Assembly: GCA_963616935.1 (NCBI GenBank) | Contig: CAVEMS010000002.1 | Span: 64,396-128,395 of the forward strand | Length of the DNA: 64,000 bases | Source of the DNA: a bacterium | GTDB taxonomy: Bacteria; Bacillota_I; Bacilli_A; RFN20; CAG-826 | Direction: 5' to 3' | Shown here: in pieces, positions 46,281 through 55,475 of the stretch | Numbering within the stretch: the stretch's first letter is position 1 | Layout of the letters: each line of letters begins with the position of its first letter | The notes under the pieces: generated by a model | Told to the model about the DNA's origin: nothing | Seen by the model: only the letters and a program-made list of their open reading frames with translations | Database searches by the model: none | Made by a program: the position numbers and the translations under genes

Positions 46281-46782
46281 ATAACGTTCTTTCCTGTTCG
46301 TCCATCAATATGCACCATCTAGAGAGAATGGTCAAAAGAATGGCGAAGATAAACAAAAATGCAATGAGGATAGGCAATATTTTCTATGCGGTTCATAGCA
46401 TCTATTTGATTTAGCTTGCAGACGATAGTTTTTGCAAAAAGTTTTCGAGTTATTTAAGACAACGCTGCTCCCAAACCGTTTCTTTTCAGCTCGCGCCGAT
46501 CGCCTAGAAAAGTCAAAAAACTACCGCGCGGGCCAAAAACGCAATTTGGCTTGGCGCGAAAACCTGGCGAAAGCGAAATTTGCTAAGCCGAATTGAGCCC
46601 GCCTTTCGAAAGCGGAAATTACTTTTGCAATTTGCGAAAAAAATGAATCTTAATTTTCGAAAATAAAAGCCACAAAAAGAGTTTTTTGTTTCCTTCTATG
46701 GTTTTTGTTTCGGTCTTATTTTAATAGACTTAATAAACCTTTTTCACAAAAAGCTCTAATACGATTATTAATGTTTTTCCTT

Positions 46783-47720
46783 TTATTGCATATCTTCGAA
46801 TTCTTCAAAGATTTCTTCTATATATTGGTTTCTTTTAAGCAAACAATTCGTAATTTTGTCGATCGCTTTGTCATCCGTCATTCGTTGCAATCTCTTTTCT
46901 GCCAATTCCCTTTTGCCTTCTGGGGCGTTTTCCGGATTCAATGGGTCAAATCTCGTACCGATATTTTTAAGATAGCTCCTTAAATCATCCTTATTTCTTA
47001 TATTATTTTTTTCATAAAATTTAGGACCCCAACCGAATAAAAGGTTTCTGTGTATATCAATGGATAAAAATGGCCTTCATGACAGCCTTCTTTACTAAAA
47101 ACCTCAGAAATTCCGACAGAACCAATCATTGGCAGTCCAAATTTATAAATAAGCGGAATCATAAATGCAAAATAATTTCCCGCTTCTTTAAGGCCCATCA
47201 ATTCAAATGGGAGCTCTCTTAAGATTTTATGTTCATCCGTCGGGTTATCGTAAAAATCGTCGGGAACGTTTTCTTGAATCCTTTTGTTATTCATATATTC
47301 CGCAATGTTCATATACTGCTCAAACAAATACATTTCGTTCTCATTGAATGACTCATTAATATACCTACCTACCTACGGTTTTTAGATATCCGGACCCGTA
47401 TTCAACGAAATCGCCATCGCCACGAACAATTTCTTTTAAATCCGTCATTCTCATTCCGTTTTTAAATAAGAACTTTTCGATTCCCTCGCTTGTTGCTGTT
47501 ATGAAAAAACAACATGAGTCAATTTATTAATTTCATCATAAGACTTTGTTTGCACTTCCTTTAATGCATCGGATTCGCTCATCCCATGATAAAGCAACAA
47601 TGCGTAATAGTGCGCTAATTTACCTGGACAGAGTTTTAGTTCCCCAGGGACTTCGTAAGCCTCTTCAGAAGATATGAGATCTTCCATTTCTTCATCATTT
47701 TCATCAAAAATTTCTAGCAT
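46783..47720 (-). pseudogene. hypothetical gene split into four frame segments by shifts at T6, (TAGG)n and A7 tracts
   Basis: Segment A is 47499-47720 (73 aa). Segment B is about 47378-47523 in the +1 frame (…SEGIEKFLFKNGMRMTDLKEIVRGDGDFVEYGSGYLKTVGR). Segment C is 46998-47333 (111 aa). Segment D is about 46783-46997 (…NNIRNKDDLRSYLKNIGTRFDPLNPENAPEGKRELAEKRL…DMQ*). A joins B with +1 nt in the T6/A6 tract at 47504-47509. B joins C on loss of one TAGG unit at about 47362-47377. C joins D with +1 nt in the T7/A7 tract at 47006-47012. The region is about 33% GC. Confidence 0.55.
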
Positions 47721-47986
47721 TTTTTCTTTTTTCGCTCATAGGCATAAAAATCACCTCTATACATTAATTCGTAATTAAATTTTAGATTTTATATTCCGTT
47801 TTGGAAACTATTAATAGAAAAATGTAAATTTTATACTTAACTTCTCGCTTTAACCACTTTCGGAATTTCTCTTTTAAAGAACGTTGTAGGCGATGATAAA
47901 TCATCGGCCTTTAAGCGCGAAAAAAAGGTCACGAAACAAATGCAATGTAGAATCCGGCAGCAAATGACAGCCATCAAAAAACGGCT

Positions 47987-48916
47987 TTATCGGCTTTTGC
48001 CTTTACCCAAAAGAGGCGCGAACCAAAACAAAGATCCGAGATTTTCTCCCCTTCTTTCCTTCGAATAACGATCCATCATTGCTTTGAATAGCATCATGCA
48101 AGCGGCAGCAAACATATAGAACAAATCTATGTCATCCGTGTTTTGAATGACGTTCATATGGGCGAACGATAGGTAATCCCCGCCACCGACCTCAACCATA
48201 TCCCATATGACGGATGCTGAGATTTCGCGATAATCGTCAAGTTCTTTGTCGGACAATCCCTTCTTATCGTCCTTATAGATATTGAATATGCATCTCTCGG
48301 TATTGGTCCTAACGAAATAACCGGTCTTATTGCCTTCGATTATGAGTTCGAAATCGACACCCATAGAGATCTTGGCTATCTTCTCCTTCTTCTCGTTTAA
48401 TAGCCATAACGCAAGATTCTTTCCCTTAGAAAAACGAAGGTAATAGAACGGATCCTCGTCTTTGATGATGCGAAAGCAATATCCTCCCTCATCCCTCATC
48501 TTGTAATAAACGTTCTTATCAGGGCCGAACGCAGGATGTTTGAAGATCTGGCCACTTAAACACATAGAGCCATCAACCGCGTTAGTCAGGCTAAACATCC
48601 GTTCGGCTTCCTTGTCACTAAGAAGTTTGAAGTCGTTTTTAGTATTGGTAGCCTTTTTATTCCAATACTCGGCACTACCTTTGATTATCTTCTCGATCTC
48701 TAGGAAATTCGTGGCCGCATATCTGAAATTCTTAATGGCCTCGATAGCGTCGTCGAAATCGGCGATATGGTTAAGCCTATCGAACGCCGCCTTATAGAAA
48801 GAATCACGATCGATTTCGTCCGCTTTAGCGATATAGCCAAGCCCTTCGAAGATGGTCTTGACGTTAGTTAGAAGCACCTTCGTCGATATCGGCATGACAG
48901 TCTTTCTCTTTCCCAT
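47987..48916 (-). CDS. hypothetical protein
   Basis: 309-aa ORF with coding-like composition and no recognisable motifs. Confidence 0.5.
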   Translation of the reverse strand: MGKRKTVMPISTKVLLTNVKTIFEGLGYIAKADEIDRDSFYKAAFDRLNHIADFDDAIEAIKNFRYAATNFLEIEKIIKGSAEYWNKKATNTKNDFKLLSDKEAERMFSLTNAVDGSMCLSGQIFKHPAFGPDKNVYYKMRDEGGYCFRIIKDEDPFYYLRFSKGKNLALWLLNEKKEKIAKISMGVDFELIIEGNKTGYFVRTNTERCIFNIYKDDKKGLSDKELDDYREISASVIWDMVEVGGGDYLSFAHMNVIQNTDDIDLFYMFAAACMMLFKAMMDRYSKERRGENLGSLFWFAPLLGKGKSR

Positions 48917-49149
48917 GATTACTACATTATACTTTTGCTAGGTGCACGAACATACGATTAAAAAACGCATTCCGTTCAACGACGTGACTAAAAGCCAAAT
49001 TTCGAAAAGAAAGACGCCTACGTTTCGTTATGTCGAAAAGAGCGGCTAGTAGATCCTTTTTTCGTTCTGCCCTCGTTATCCCCATTGTAGTTAGCAAAAT
49101 CAAAAAAGCGGCCCAAGGGACCGCTTCAAGAGATAAAAGATATAAGGAC

Positions 49150-49908
49150 TTATTTGCCAGCCGGAATCGGAGAGATCTTATTGTCCGCTTCGATGCCGCT
49201 AAGCTTATCCATATCGAAGGAAGGGATGTCGTTGCTATGTCTAAAGGAATTGCGGAAATCCGCTTTAAGCTCTTCGATCTTTAGCATCGCATCGCCATAA
49301 CGGCCGTATTTCGCGGATTCTATCGCATGGCGAGGAACGCCGAAGAGAATAAATAGCACGATCGATAAGGCAGCGGCTGCCATACCAAACCAATAGAGCA
49401 TGCCGAAGACGCCACCGCTAAGGACATCGGCGAGTTTCACCTCATATCCGTGGTTCCATATGCCAACCCCTAGGCAAGCGGCCCCGCCAATCAAAAGGAG
49501 CAAGAAGAGAATCGTGATCAAAACCGGCAAATGGCGCTTCTTCTTGGCTTTCAAGGCTTTGCAATATAGCAAATAGTTGTCATAGGTCATACGATTATAG
49601 ATATGCTCGGCCTGACGCCACTTCTGGAAGTCGTTTGCGAAGCGATTACGGCCATAGGTCATACGGACGTAGTTATCGACCGGCTCGTCGTTATGATGGA
49701 GGGCGAGCCCTAAGAAAGCCTCATCGGCCTCTTGCGGATAATAGAAATGAGCCATATCCGTCGTGCCCTCGATCTTGCCGTCCATCGAGCGTTGGAAATT
49801 GATTTCCTGCATCGTTATCGGGCGATAGCCGAAAGTCTGGAAAACGCGATGGAATTTGTTTTCCGATCCCTTTGGGATGTTTATCGTCTTGTAGTCGTAC
49901 TGATCCAT
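49150..49908 (-). CDS. hypothetical membrane protein (two TM helices), last gene of the hypB operon
   Basis: Two hydrophobic helices (LPVLITILFLLLLIGGAA ... GVFGMLYWFGMAAAALSIVLFILFGV). The preferred start is MDQYDYK at 49908 with an AAGGAGAGAGG RBS; the ORF track starts at 50028. Confidence 0.5.
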   Translation of the reverse strand: MDQYDYKTINIPKGSENKFHRVFQTFGYRPITMQEINFQRSMDGKIEGTTDMAHFYYPQEADEAFLGLALHHNDEPVDNYVRMTYGRNRFANDFQKWRQAEHIYNRMTYDNYLLYCKALKAKKKRHLPVLITILFLLLLIGGAACLGVGIWNHGYEVKLADVLSGGVFGMLYWFGMAAAALSIVLFILFGVPRHAIESAKYGRYGDAMLKIEELKADFRNSFRHSNDIPSFDMDKLSGIEADNKISPIPAGK

Positions 49909-50059
49909 ACCTCTCTCCTTATGTGGTTGTAATAGATTAACACAGATATTGGTGTTTTTGGGTCTCGAAGTGGGATGGTCGCCCCATCCGTATAGCGGCA
50001 TATCGAAGTCCGGGTCTAATATTGCCATATCGATGCCTCAATTGCCTCTAGCGCATGAG

Positions 50060-50407
50060 CTAGACGACCTCGATCTCCTTGATGTTTTTCTCATCGCCCT
50101 TTATGAGATAGGTGTGCTCACTATGGCAATGAGGACAGATCTTCGCGTATTTGACCGTTTCGTAGGTCTTTCCGCAATCCTCGCAATAGGTGACCGCTTT
50201 AACGACGTCGATCTTTAGAATCGTGTCTTTTAGCGGCTCCTCTTCCTTATGGACGGCCCACTTCCAGCAATCCTCAAGATAAGAGGGAATCAAAGTCGAG
50301 ACCTCGCCCACTTCGAGAGTGACACTATTGACGTGCTTGACGTCGTTCTCTTTGGCGATTTCCTTTAGCTCGTCGATGATATGGAAGATGATGCCTAATT
50401 CATGCAT
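50060..50407 (-). CDS. hypA: hydrogenase/urease nickel-insertion metallochaperone HypA
   Basis: 115 aa with N-terminal MHE (Ni site) and two CxxC pairs (CEDC ... CPHC) for the structural Zn. Confidence 0.8.
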   Translation of the reverse strand: MHELGIIFHIIDELKEIAKENDVKHVNSVTLEVGEVSTLIPSYLEDCWKWAVHKEEEPLKDTILKIDVVKAVTYCEDCGKTYETVKYAKICPHCHSEHTYLIKGDEKNIKEIEVV

Positions 50408-50409
50408 GG

Positions 50410-53319
50410 TTACTTGCCTTTGGCGGCTTTCTTCGCCTTCTTTTGGGCTTTCTTATATTCCTTATGCTTCTTTTCGGAGGCTTTCTCCTCGGCCGTGTGC
50501 TTGCCGAATTTTATCTTGACGCCGCGCTTGATGGCGTACGGCAAAATCAATTTGAACTTATCCTCGGCCTTAATCATCTTGGTGGCCTCTGGATGGTCGC
50601 GCTTCAAGGAGATGGCGTCGAACATGCACTTGGTCGTGCAAATACCGCATCCGATGCACTTATTGGGATCGACGATCGATGCGCCGCAAGAAAGGCATCT
50701 CTTGGTCTCGATCTTGACTTGCTCCTCGGTTAGCGTCATATGGGCATCCTTAAAGGAATGATGCGAATCGATCGAAGGATCGAAGCCCGCCTCTTGTCTA
50801 CCGATAGTGTCGTATTCCTTGATGGAGATATCGTTTTTATCGAGCATCTTGAAGTCGCGACGATTACGCCCGATTGTTAGTGAGGCACCGACATGGACAT
50901 AACGGTGAAGCGATTCGGCTGCGCACTTGCCTTGTTCGATCGCGTCGATCGCGAAACGTGGGCCAGTATAGACGTCGCCTCCGACGAAGATGTCGTTTTC
51001 GGCGGTTTGGTAGGTCAAAGGATCGGCAACCGGATAGGCTCCATGATATTCGACTTTGCTGCCTTTTAGCAAATCGCCCCAAACGATCGCTTGCCCGATG
51101 GCGAAGATGACCTTATCGGCCTTGACTTCGATTGTCTCGTTCTCGTCGTATTTGGGACTAAACCTTCCATTCTCGTCTTTCGTGGATAGGCATTTCTTGA
51201 AGACGACGGAAACGACATTGCCGTTATCGTCTTTCTTGACTTCTTTCGGTCCCCAGGAGTTATTGATTTCGATTCCTTCTTCGAGGGTTTCGGAGATCTC
51301 CTCTTTGCTAGCGGGCATCGTCGCTCTATCCTCAAGCGAGAACATCGACACTTTCGATGCGCCGAAACGGATGGCGGTTCTGGCCGCGTCGACAGCGACG
51401 TTTCCACCACCTACGACCACCACTTCCCCATCGATCTTCTGATCGTGGTTATCGGTGGCGCCATGAAGGAATTCAACGGCCGTGGTGACGCCTTTCGCGT
51501 CTTGCCCATCGATTCCAGGGAGCCTCGCCCCTTGGCAACCGATGGCGATATAGAAAGCGGCGTACCCTTCTTTCCTTAGGTCGTCTAGCGTTATATCTTT
51601 TCCGACTTCGACGCCGGTTTTGATCGTGACGCCAAGTTCCTTAATGACCTCGATTTCCGCTTCGATGACGTCTTTCTCGAGTTTATAGGAAGGGATGCCG
51701 TACATTAGCATTCCGCCGCACTTAGGATTCTTCTCGAATATCGTCGGCTTATAGCCCTTGGTGGCAAGATAATAAGCGCATGACAAACCGGCTGGGCCGG
51801 CGCCGATGATCGCGATCTTGTCTTTCCATTCATCAAGCCTATTGCTCGCGATCACCACTTCTGGGATATAGCGGGTCTCCGCCTTAAGATCCTGCTCGGC
51901 GATGAACTTCTTGACGGCGTCGATAGAGACGGCGCGATCGATATCGCCCCTCGTGCAGGCGTCCTCGCAGCGTTTGTTGCAGATTCGGCCACAAATCGCC
52001 GGGAGAGGATTGTCTTTCTTAATGAGGGCGAGGGCTTCCTTGTATTTGCCTTGCGAGGCGAGTTTAAGATAGCCTTGGACGGCAACGTGAGCGGGACAGG
52101 CGGTCTTGCAAGGCGCAGTGCCCGTGTCATAGCAGTTTATACGGTTGTTATCGCGGTAATTCTCATCGTATTTGTCTTCTCCCCAGCTCATGTTATCTGG
52201 GAGCTCATGCTTCGGATAGACGACGTTAGAGCCGTCTTTCTTACAAAGCTTCTGTCCGAGTTTGACGGCGCCGGCTGGGCAATATTCGACGCACTTGCCG
52301 CAAGCGACGCATTTGCTAACGTCGACATGGGCCGTATAGGCGCTACGCGACATATTGGGGGTGTTGAATAATTGCGACGTTCTCAAGGCGTTACAGATGT
52401 TGACGTTGCAATTGCAGATGCCGAATATCTTGTTTTCGCCATCGATATTGGTGATTTGGTGGACGAAGCCGTTATCCTCGGCGACCTTGAGTATCCTCAT
52501 CGCCTCTTCGTAAGTGATGTCATGGCCTTTGCCGGTCTCACGGCAATAGTCGGCGAAATCGCCAACGCCGATGCACCAGTTGTATTGATCGTCGGCGCAT
52601 CCTTCTCCAAGAGCGGCTCTCGAAGCGCGGCAAGAGCATTGCCCAACGCCGATATGGCCTTCGTATTTCTTTAGCCAGTAGGAAAGATGTTCCAAATCGA
52701 CGGACTTATTCTCCATCGATATGGCCTTTTCGACTGGGATGACGTGCATTCCGACGCCCGCTCCGCCAGGAGGGACGAGCTGGGTGATGCCCTTTAACGG
52801 GATATAGGTCATCCTCTCGAAGAAAGAGGCGACGGTAGGATGATCCTTCAAACGGGGATTGTCCATCTCCTTGCCGTCTTTGGTTATGAATCTCTCTTCC
52901 ATGTTGAAGAGCTCGGCGCTGCCAGGGACGAACAAAGGAAGAGTGTATCTCCTTTCGCCTAGCGGAGCGGTTCTTCCATTATGGTCATAATGATAGCCAT
53001 AGTCGTATTCGAGCAAGCCAATATAGGCCATCTCGTCCAAGAGCTTTTGGAATTTCTCTTTGTCCTTGGCTTTCTCCTTGTTCTTTTTGCAAAGTTCTTC
53101 GAAGGTATAGTGATGGCGGAGTTTCATCGTGAGGGCGACATCGGCCATCTCATCGGTGACGATTTCCGCAAGGCCCCAATATTCTGGGTCCTCTACTTTC
53201 ACTTTGCCGAGCTTATGTGCGGCAACATCGGTGATTTTTTTACCTAATTTCAATATTTTCTCATTAGGTTCCTTGTCGCTCATATGTGGAGGAACGACGG
53301 CTTTACTCATTTCTGGCAT
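50410..53319 (-). CDS. multidomain iron-sulfur flavoprotein: unknown Cys-rich N-terminal domain, 2x[4Fe-4S] ferredoxin, GltD/DPD-like FAD/NAD(P) oxidoreductase, C-terminal ferredoxin
   Basis: 969 aa. The motifs are CVACGKCVEYCP and CKTACPAHV, then ICGRICNKRCEDAC (Cx3Cx3Cx3C, DPD/GltD type). Next come IAIIGAGPAGLSCAYYLA (FAD), VVVVGGGNVAVDAARTA (NAD(P)) and CLSCGASIVDPNKCIGCGICTTKC. The N-terminal roughly 330 aa carry an unassigned QCSCRASRAALGEGCADDQYNWC...YCRETGKGH...GICNCNVNIC cysteine cluster. Confidence 0.7.
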   Translation of the reverse strand: MPEMSKAVVPPHMSDKEPNEKILKLGKKITDVAAHKLGKVKVEDPEYWGLAEIVTDEMADVALTMKLRHHYTFEELCKKNKEKAKDKEKFQKLLDEMAYIGLLEYDYGYHYDHNGRTAPLGERRYTLPLFVPGSAELFNMEERFITKDGKEMDNPRLKDHPTVASFFERMTYIPLKGITQLVPPGGAGVGMHVIPVEKAISMENKSVDLEHLSYWLKKYEGHIGVGQCSCRASRAALGEGCADDQYNWCIGVGDFADYCRETGKGHDITYEEAMRILKVAEDNGFVHQITNIDGENKIFGICNCNVNICNALRTSQLFNTPNMSRSAYTAHVDVSKCVACGKCVEYCPAGAVKLGQKLCKKDGSNVVYPKHELPDNMSWGEDKYDENYRDNNRINCYDTGTAPCKTACPAHVAVQGYLKLASQGKYKEALALIKKDNPLPAICGRICNKRCEDACTRGDIDRAVSIDAVKKFIAEQDLKAETRYIPEVVIASNRLDEWKDKIAIIGAGPAGLSCAYYLATKGYKPTIFEKNPKCGGMLMYGIPSYKLEKDVIEAEIEVIKELGVTIKTGVEVGKDITLDDLRKEGYAAFYIAIGCQGARLPGIDGQDAKGVTTAVEFLHGATDNHDQKIDGEVVVVGGGNVAVDAARTAIRFGASKVSMFSLEDRATMPASKEEISETLEEGIEINNSWGPKEVKKDDNGNVVSVVFKKCLSTKDENGRFSPKYDENETIEVKADKVIFAIGQAIVWGDLLKGSKVEYHGAYPVADPLTYQTAENDIFVGGDVYTGPRFAIDAIEQGKCAAESLHRYVHVGASLTIGRNRRDFKMLDKNDISIKEYDTIGRQEAGFDPSIDSHHSFKDAHMTLTEEQVKIETKRCLSCGASIVDPNKCIGCGICTTKCMFDAISLKRDHPEATKMIKAEDKFKLILPYAIKRGVKIKFGKHTAEEKASEKKHKEYKKAQKKAKKAAKGK

Positions 53320-53333
53320 GGTTATCTCCTTTG

Positions 53334-54005
53334 CTATTCCTTGATTTTCTTTATTTCGTTATCGATCCACGAGGCGAATTCATCGATCCCCTCGTCCTTC
53401 TTGGCCGATATCGGGATTATCTTGGCGTCTTTGTTCCGATATAGGATGTTCTTCTTAGCTCTATCGAGCGAGAAGTCGAAGTAAGGCGCGACATCCATCT
53501 TGTTTATTAGGAAGAGGGAGCACACTTGATACATGAGAGGGTATTTAAGCGGTTTGTCATCCCCTTCTGGCACGCTTAGGATATTGACGTTAACGTGGGA
53601 GCCGGTATCGAACTCAGCTGGGCAAACGAGATTGCCGACGTTTTCGATGATGATGAGATCGAGATCCTTAGTTGAGAGAGATTCGATGCCTTGCCTTGTC
53701 ATATCGGCGGTCAGATGGCACATGCCGCCGGTATGGAGTTGGATGGCTTCGACGTTGCCTAGACCTGAGATGGTCTTCGCATCGATTTCGCTATCGATGT
53801 CGGCTTCCATCACGGCGATTTTGTATTTGTCCTTGAGTTTCGCAAGCGTCGCCATGAGGGTCGTGGTCTTCCCGCTTCCCGGCGAGGACATAAGATTGAT
53901 AAGCAACGTCTTTTTCTCTTTTAGTTCTTTACGTAGCTTGTTTGCTTCATCTTCGTTGGATTTGAAGATGTTTTGCTTAATTTCGATGATTCTTACTTGA
54001 TCCAT
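53334..54005 (-). CDS. hypB: nickel-insertion GTPase HypB
   Basis: 223 aa with P-loop SSPGSGKTT and the HypB hallmark ENVGNLVCPAEFD. Confidence 0.85.
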   Translation of the reverse strand: MDQVRIIEIKQNIFKSNEDEANKLRKELKEKKTLLINLMSSPGSGKTTTLMATLAKLKDKYKIAVMEADIDSEIDAKTISGLGNVEAIQLHTGGMCHLTADMTRQGIESLSTKDLDLIIIENVGNLVCPAEFDTGSHVNVNILSVPEGDDKPLKYPLMYQVCSLFLINKMDVAPYFDFSLDRAKKNILYRNKDAKIIPISAKKDEGIDEFASWIDNEIKKIKE

Positions 54006-54299
54006 GCATTCGCCTTTCGTCGCATAAACGTATTCTACTAATTTTTAATAAAAATTAAAGAAATATACGAGCTTTCGCCATTTTTTCCGCATTTTCTGTC
54101 ATGAAGATCGGCATTTTTGCAACATTTTCCAACTATCTATTTTACAATAATATTATTTTGTATCTTTTGATATTGACAAAGATTACAAATAGCACTAAAT
54201 TGTTACTGCAACGATACAGAACGATTGTTGCATGTAAAAAAATAAGCCAAAGCCCATCGAAATAGCAATGATGGATAGACGGCTCAAAAAGGAGAACAT

Positions 54300-55424
54300 A
54301 TGCTAAGGAAAGCATTCATAGGCGCGTTATCTTCTCTCTCACTCATCTCGATCCTCGCTTCTTGCGGGACAATCGACAAAACGGAGTTAAAAGACGCCCC
54401 GATAAGCATGGATGAGAAGTTCGGCGCGGCGATAGTAAACGCCCCTGTCTCATCATTTAACGACTCCGGATTCTCGCTTGGAGATAGTTGCGACGTCATC
54501 TTTAGCAACGGCTATTCCTTAAGCGACGTCCCCTATTTCAACGGCTATTACGTCAAAAACGGCGACCCGGTCATCGTCGCCTATCCTGGCGATAGCAACA
54601 TCCGAATAACCTTAAATAACGTCGGAATCTGGGAGACAGCCAATTTGTCGGAAGAATACACCGTCACCATAACCCTAAAAGAAGCGAAGAAATATCTGGC
54701 TACCCAAGAGGCCTTGGGACAAAGCTATTCGTTCGAGAGAGACAAATATAATAGCGACGAGGAATTCGCGAATTTCCGCGCATTGAAGGGCGGAACGCTC
54801 AAAGAGAATCTCTTCTACCGCGGGGCAAGCCCCGTCGACAATAGCCGTAACCGTGCCAAAACCGTGGACGCATTGCTAGAAAAGAACGGCATTAAATCCA
54901 TAATGGATCTTGCCGATAGCGAAAGCGATATGCAAACCTATTTCTCGATCCCCGATTTCTCTTCGAATTATACCAAGTCCTTATATTTGAACGAGAAAAT
55001 CTCGTTATTATCGATGGGCTCTTCCTACTCTTCTCTCTCCTATAAGCAAAGCGTGGTCAAGGGCTTCAAGCATATATCAAGCACCGAAGGCCCTTACTAC
55101 ATCCACTGCATGGAAGGAAAAGACAGAACCGGATTCGTCTGCACGTTATTAGAGGCTTTGGCGGGCGCTAGCTACGATGAGATGCGAGACGACTACATGA
55201 CGACCTACAAGAATTACTATCGGATAACGTTAGAGAAGACGCCTGAGAAATATAACGCCGTCGTTTCCCTTTATTTCGATTCCTTCCTCGAGGAATTACA
55301 TAAGACGAGCGACGTCGAGACGTTAAAGAAAGCGAATTATATAGAAGACGCCAAACGCTATCTAAGCGAAGGCGGCATGAGTGAAAGCGAGATCTCCTCC
55401 TTCATTTCGGCAATCAACGGATAA
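54300..55424 (+). CDS. lipoprotein with a C-terminal protein-tyrosine/phosphoinositide phosphatase domain (Y_phosphatase3-like)
   Basis: Signal/lipobox LISILASC and the CX5R active site HCMEGKDRTGFV. GGAGAA RBS. Confidence 0.65.
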   Translation: MLRKAFIGALSSLSLISILASCGTIDKTELKDAPISMDEKFGAAIVNAPVSSFNDSGFSLGDSCDVIFSNGYSLSDVPYFNGYYVKNGDPVIVAYPGDSNIRITLNNVGIWETANLSEEYTVTITLKEAKKYLATQEALGQSYSFERDKYNSDEEFANFRALKGGTLKENLFYRGASPVDNSRNRAKTVDALLEKNGIKSIMDLADSESDMQTYFSIPDFSSNYTKSLYLNEKISLLSMGSSYSSLSYKQSVVKGFKHISSTEGPYYIHCMEGKDRTGFVCTLLEALAGASYDEMRDDYMTTYKNYYRITLEKTPEKYNAVVSLYFDSFLEELHKTSDVETLKKANYIEDAKRYLSEGGMSESEISSFISAING

Positions 55425-55430
55425 GCGATA

Positions 55431-55468
55431 AAAAAACGGATGCCTTTTTCGACAGACATCCGTTTTTC
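55431..55468. terminator. bidirectional intrinsic terminator between the phosphatase lipoprotein gene (+) and lipoprotein paralog A (-)
   Basis: AAAAAA-ACGGATGcctttttcgacagaCATCCGT-TTTTCG. Confidence 0.6.
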
Positions 55469-55475
55469 GTTTTCC

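Noticed and set aside
46705-46983. 92-aa plus-strand ORF
   Set aside because: Antisense to segment D of the fragmented minus-strand gene, with hydrophobic low-complexity content.
50874-52674. Arg-rich and other ORFs on both strands inside the 969-aa flavoprotein gene
   Set aside because: Shadow frames. The sense frame carries contiguous Fe-S and FAD/NAD motifs.
54207-54232. Inverted repeat TGCAAC-N14-GTTGCA upstream of hypB, considered as a NikR-type operator
   Set aside because: It does not match the known NikR half-sites (GTATGA/TCATAC). It sits closer to the divergent phosphatase lipoprotein start than to hypB. It is noted but not assigned.
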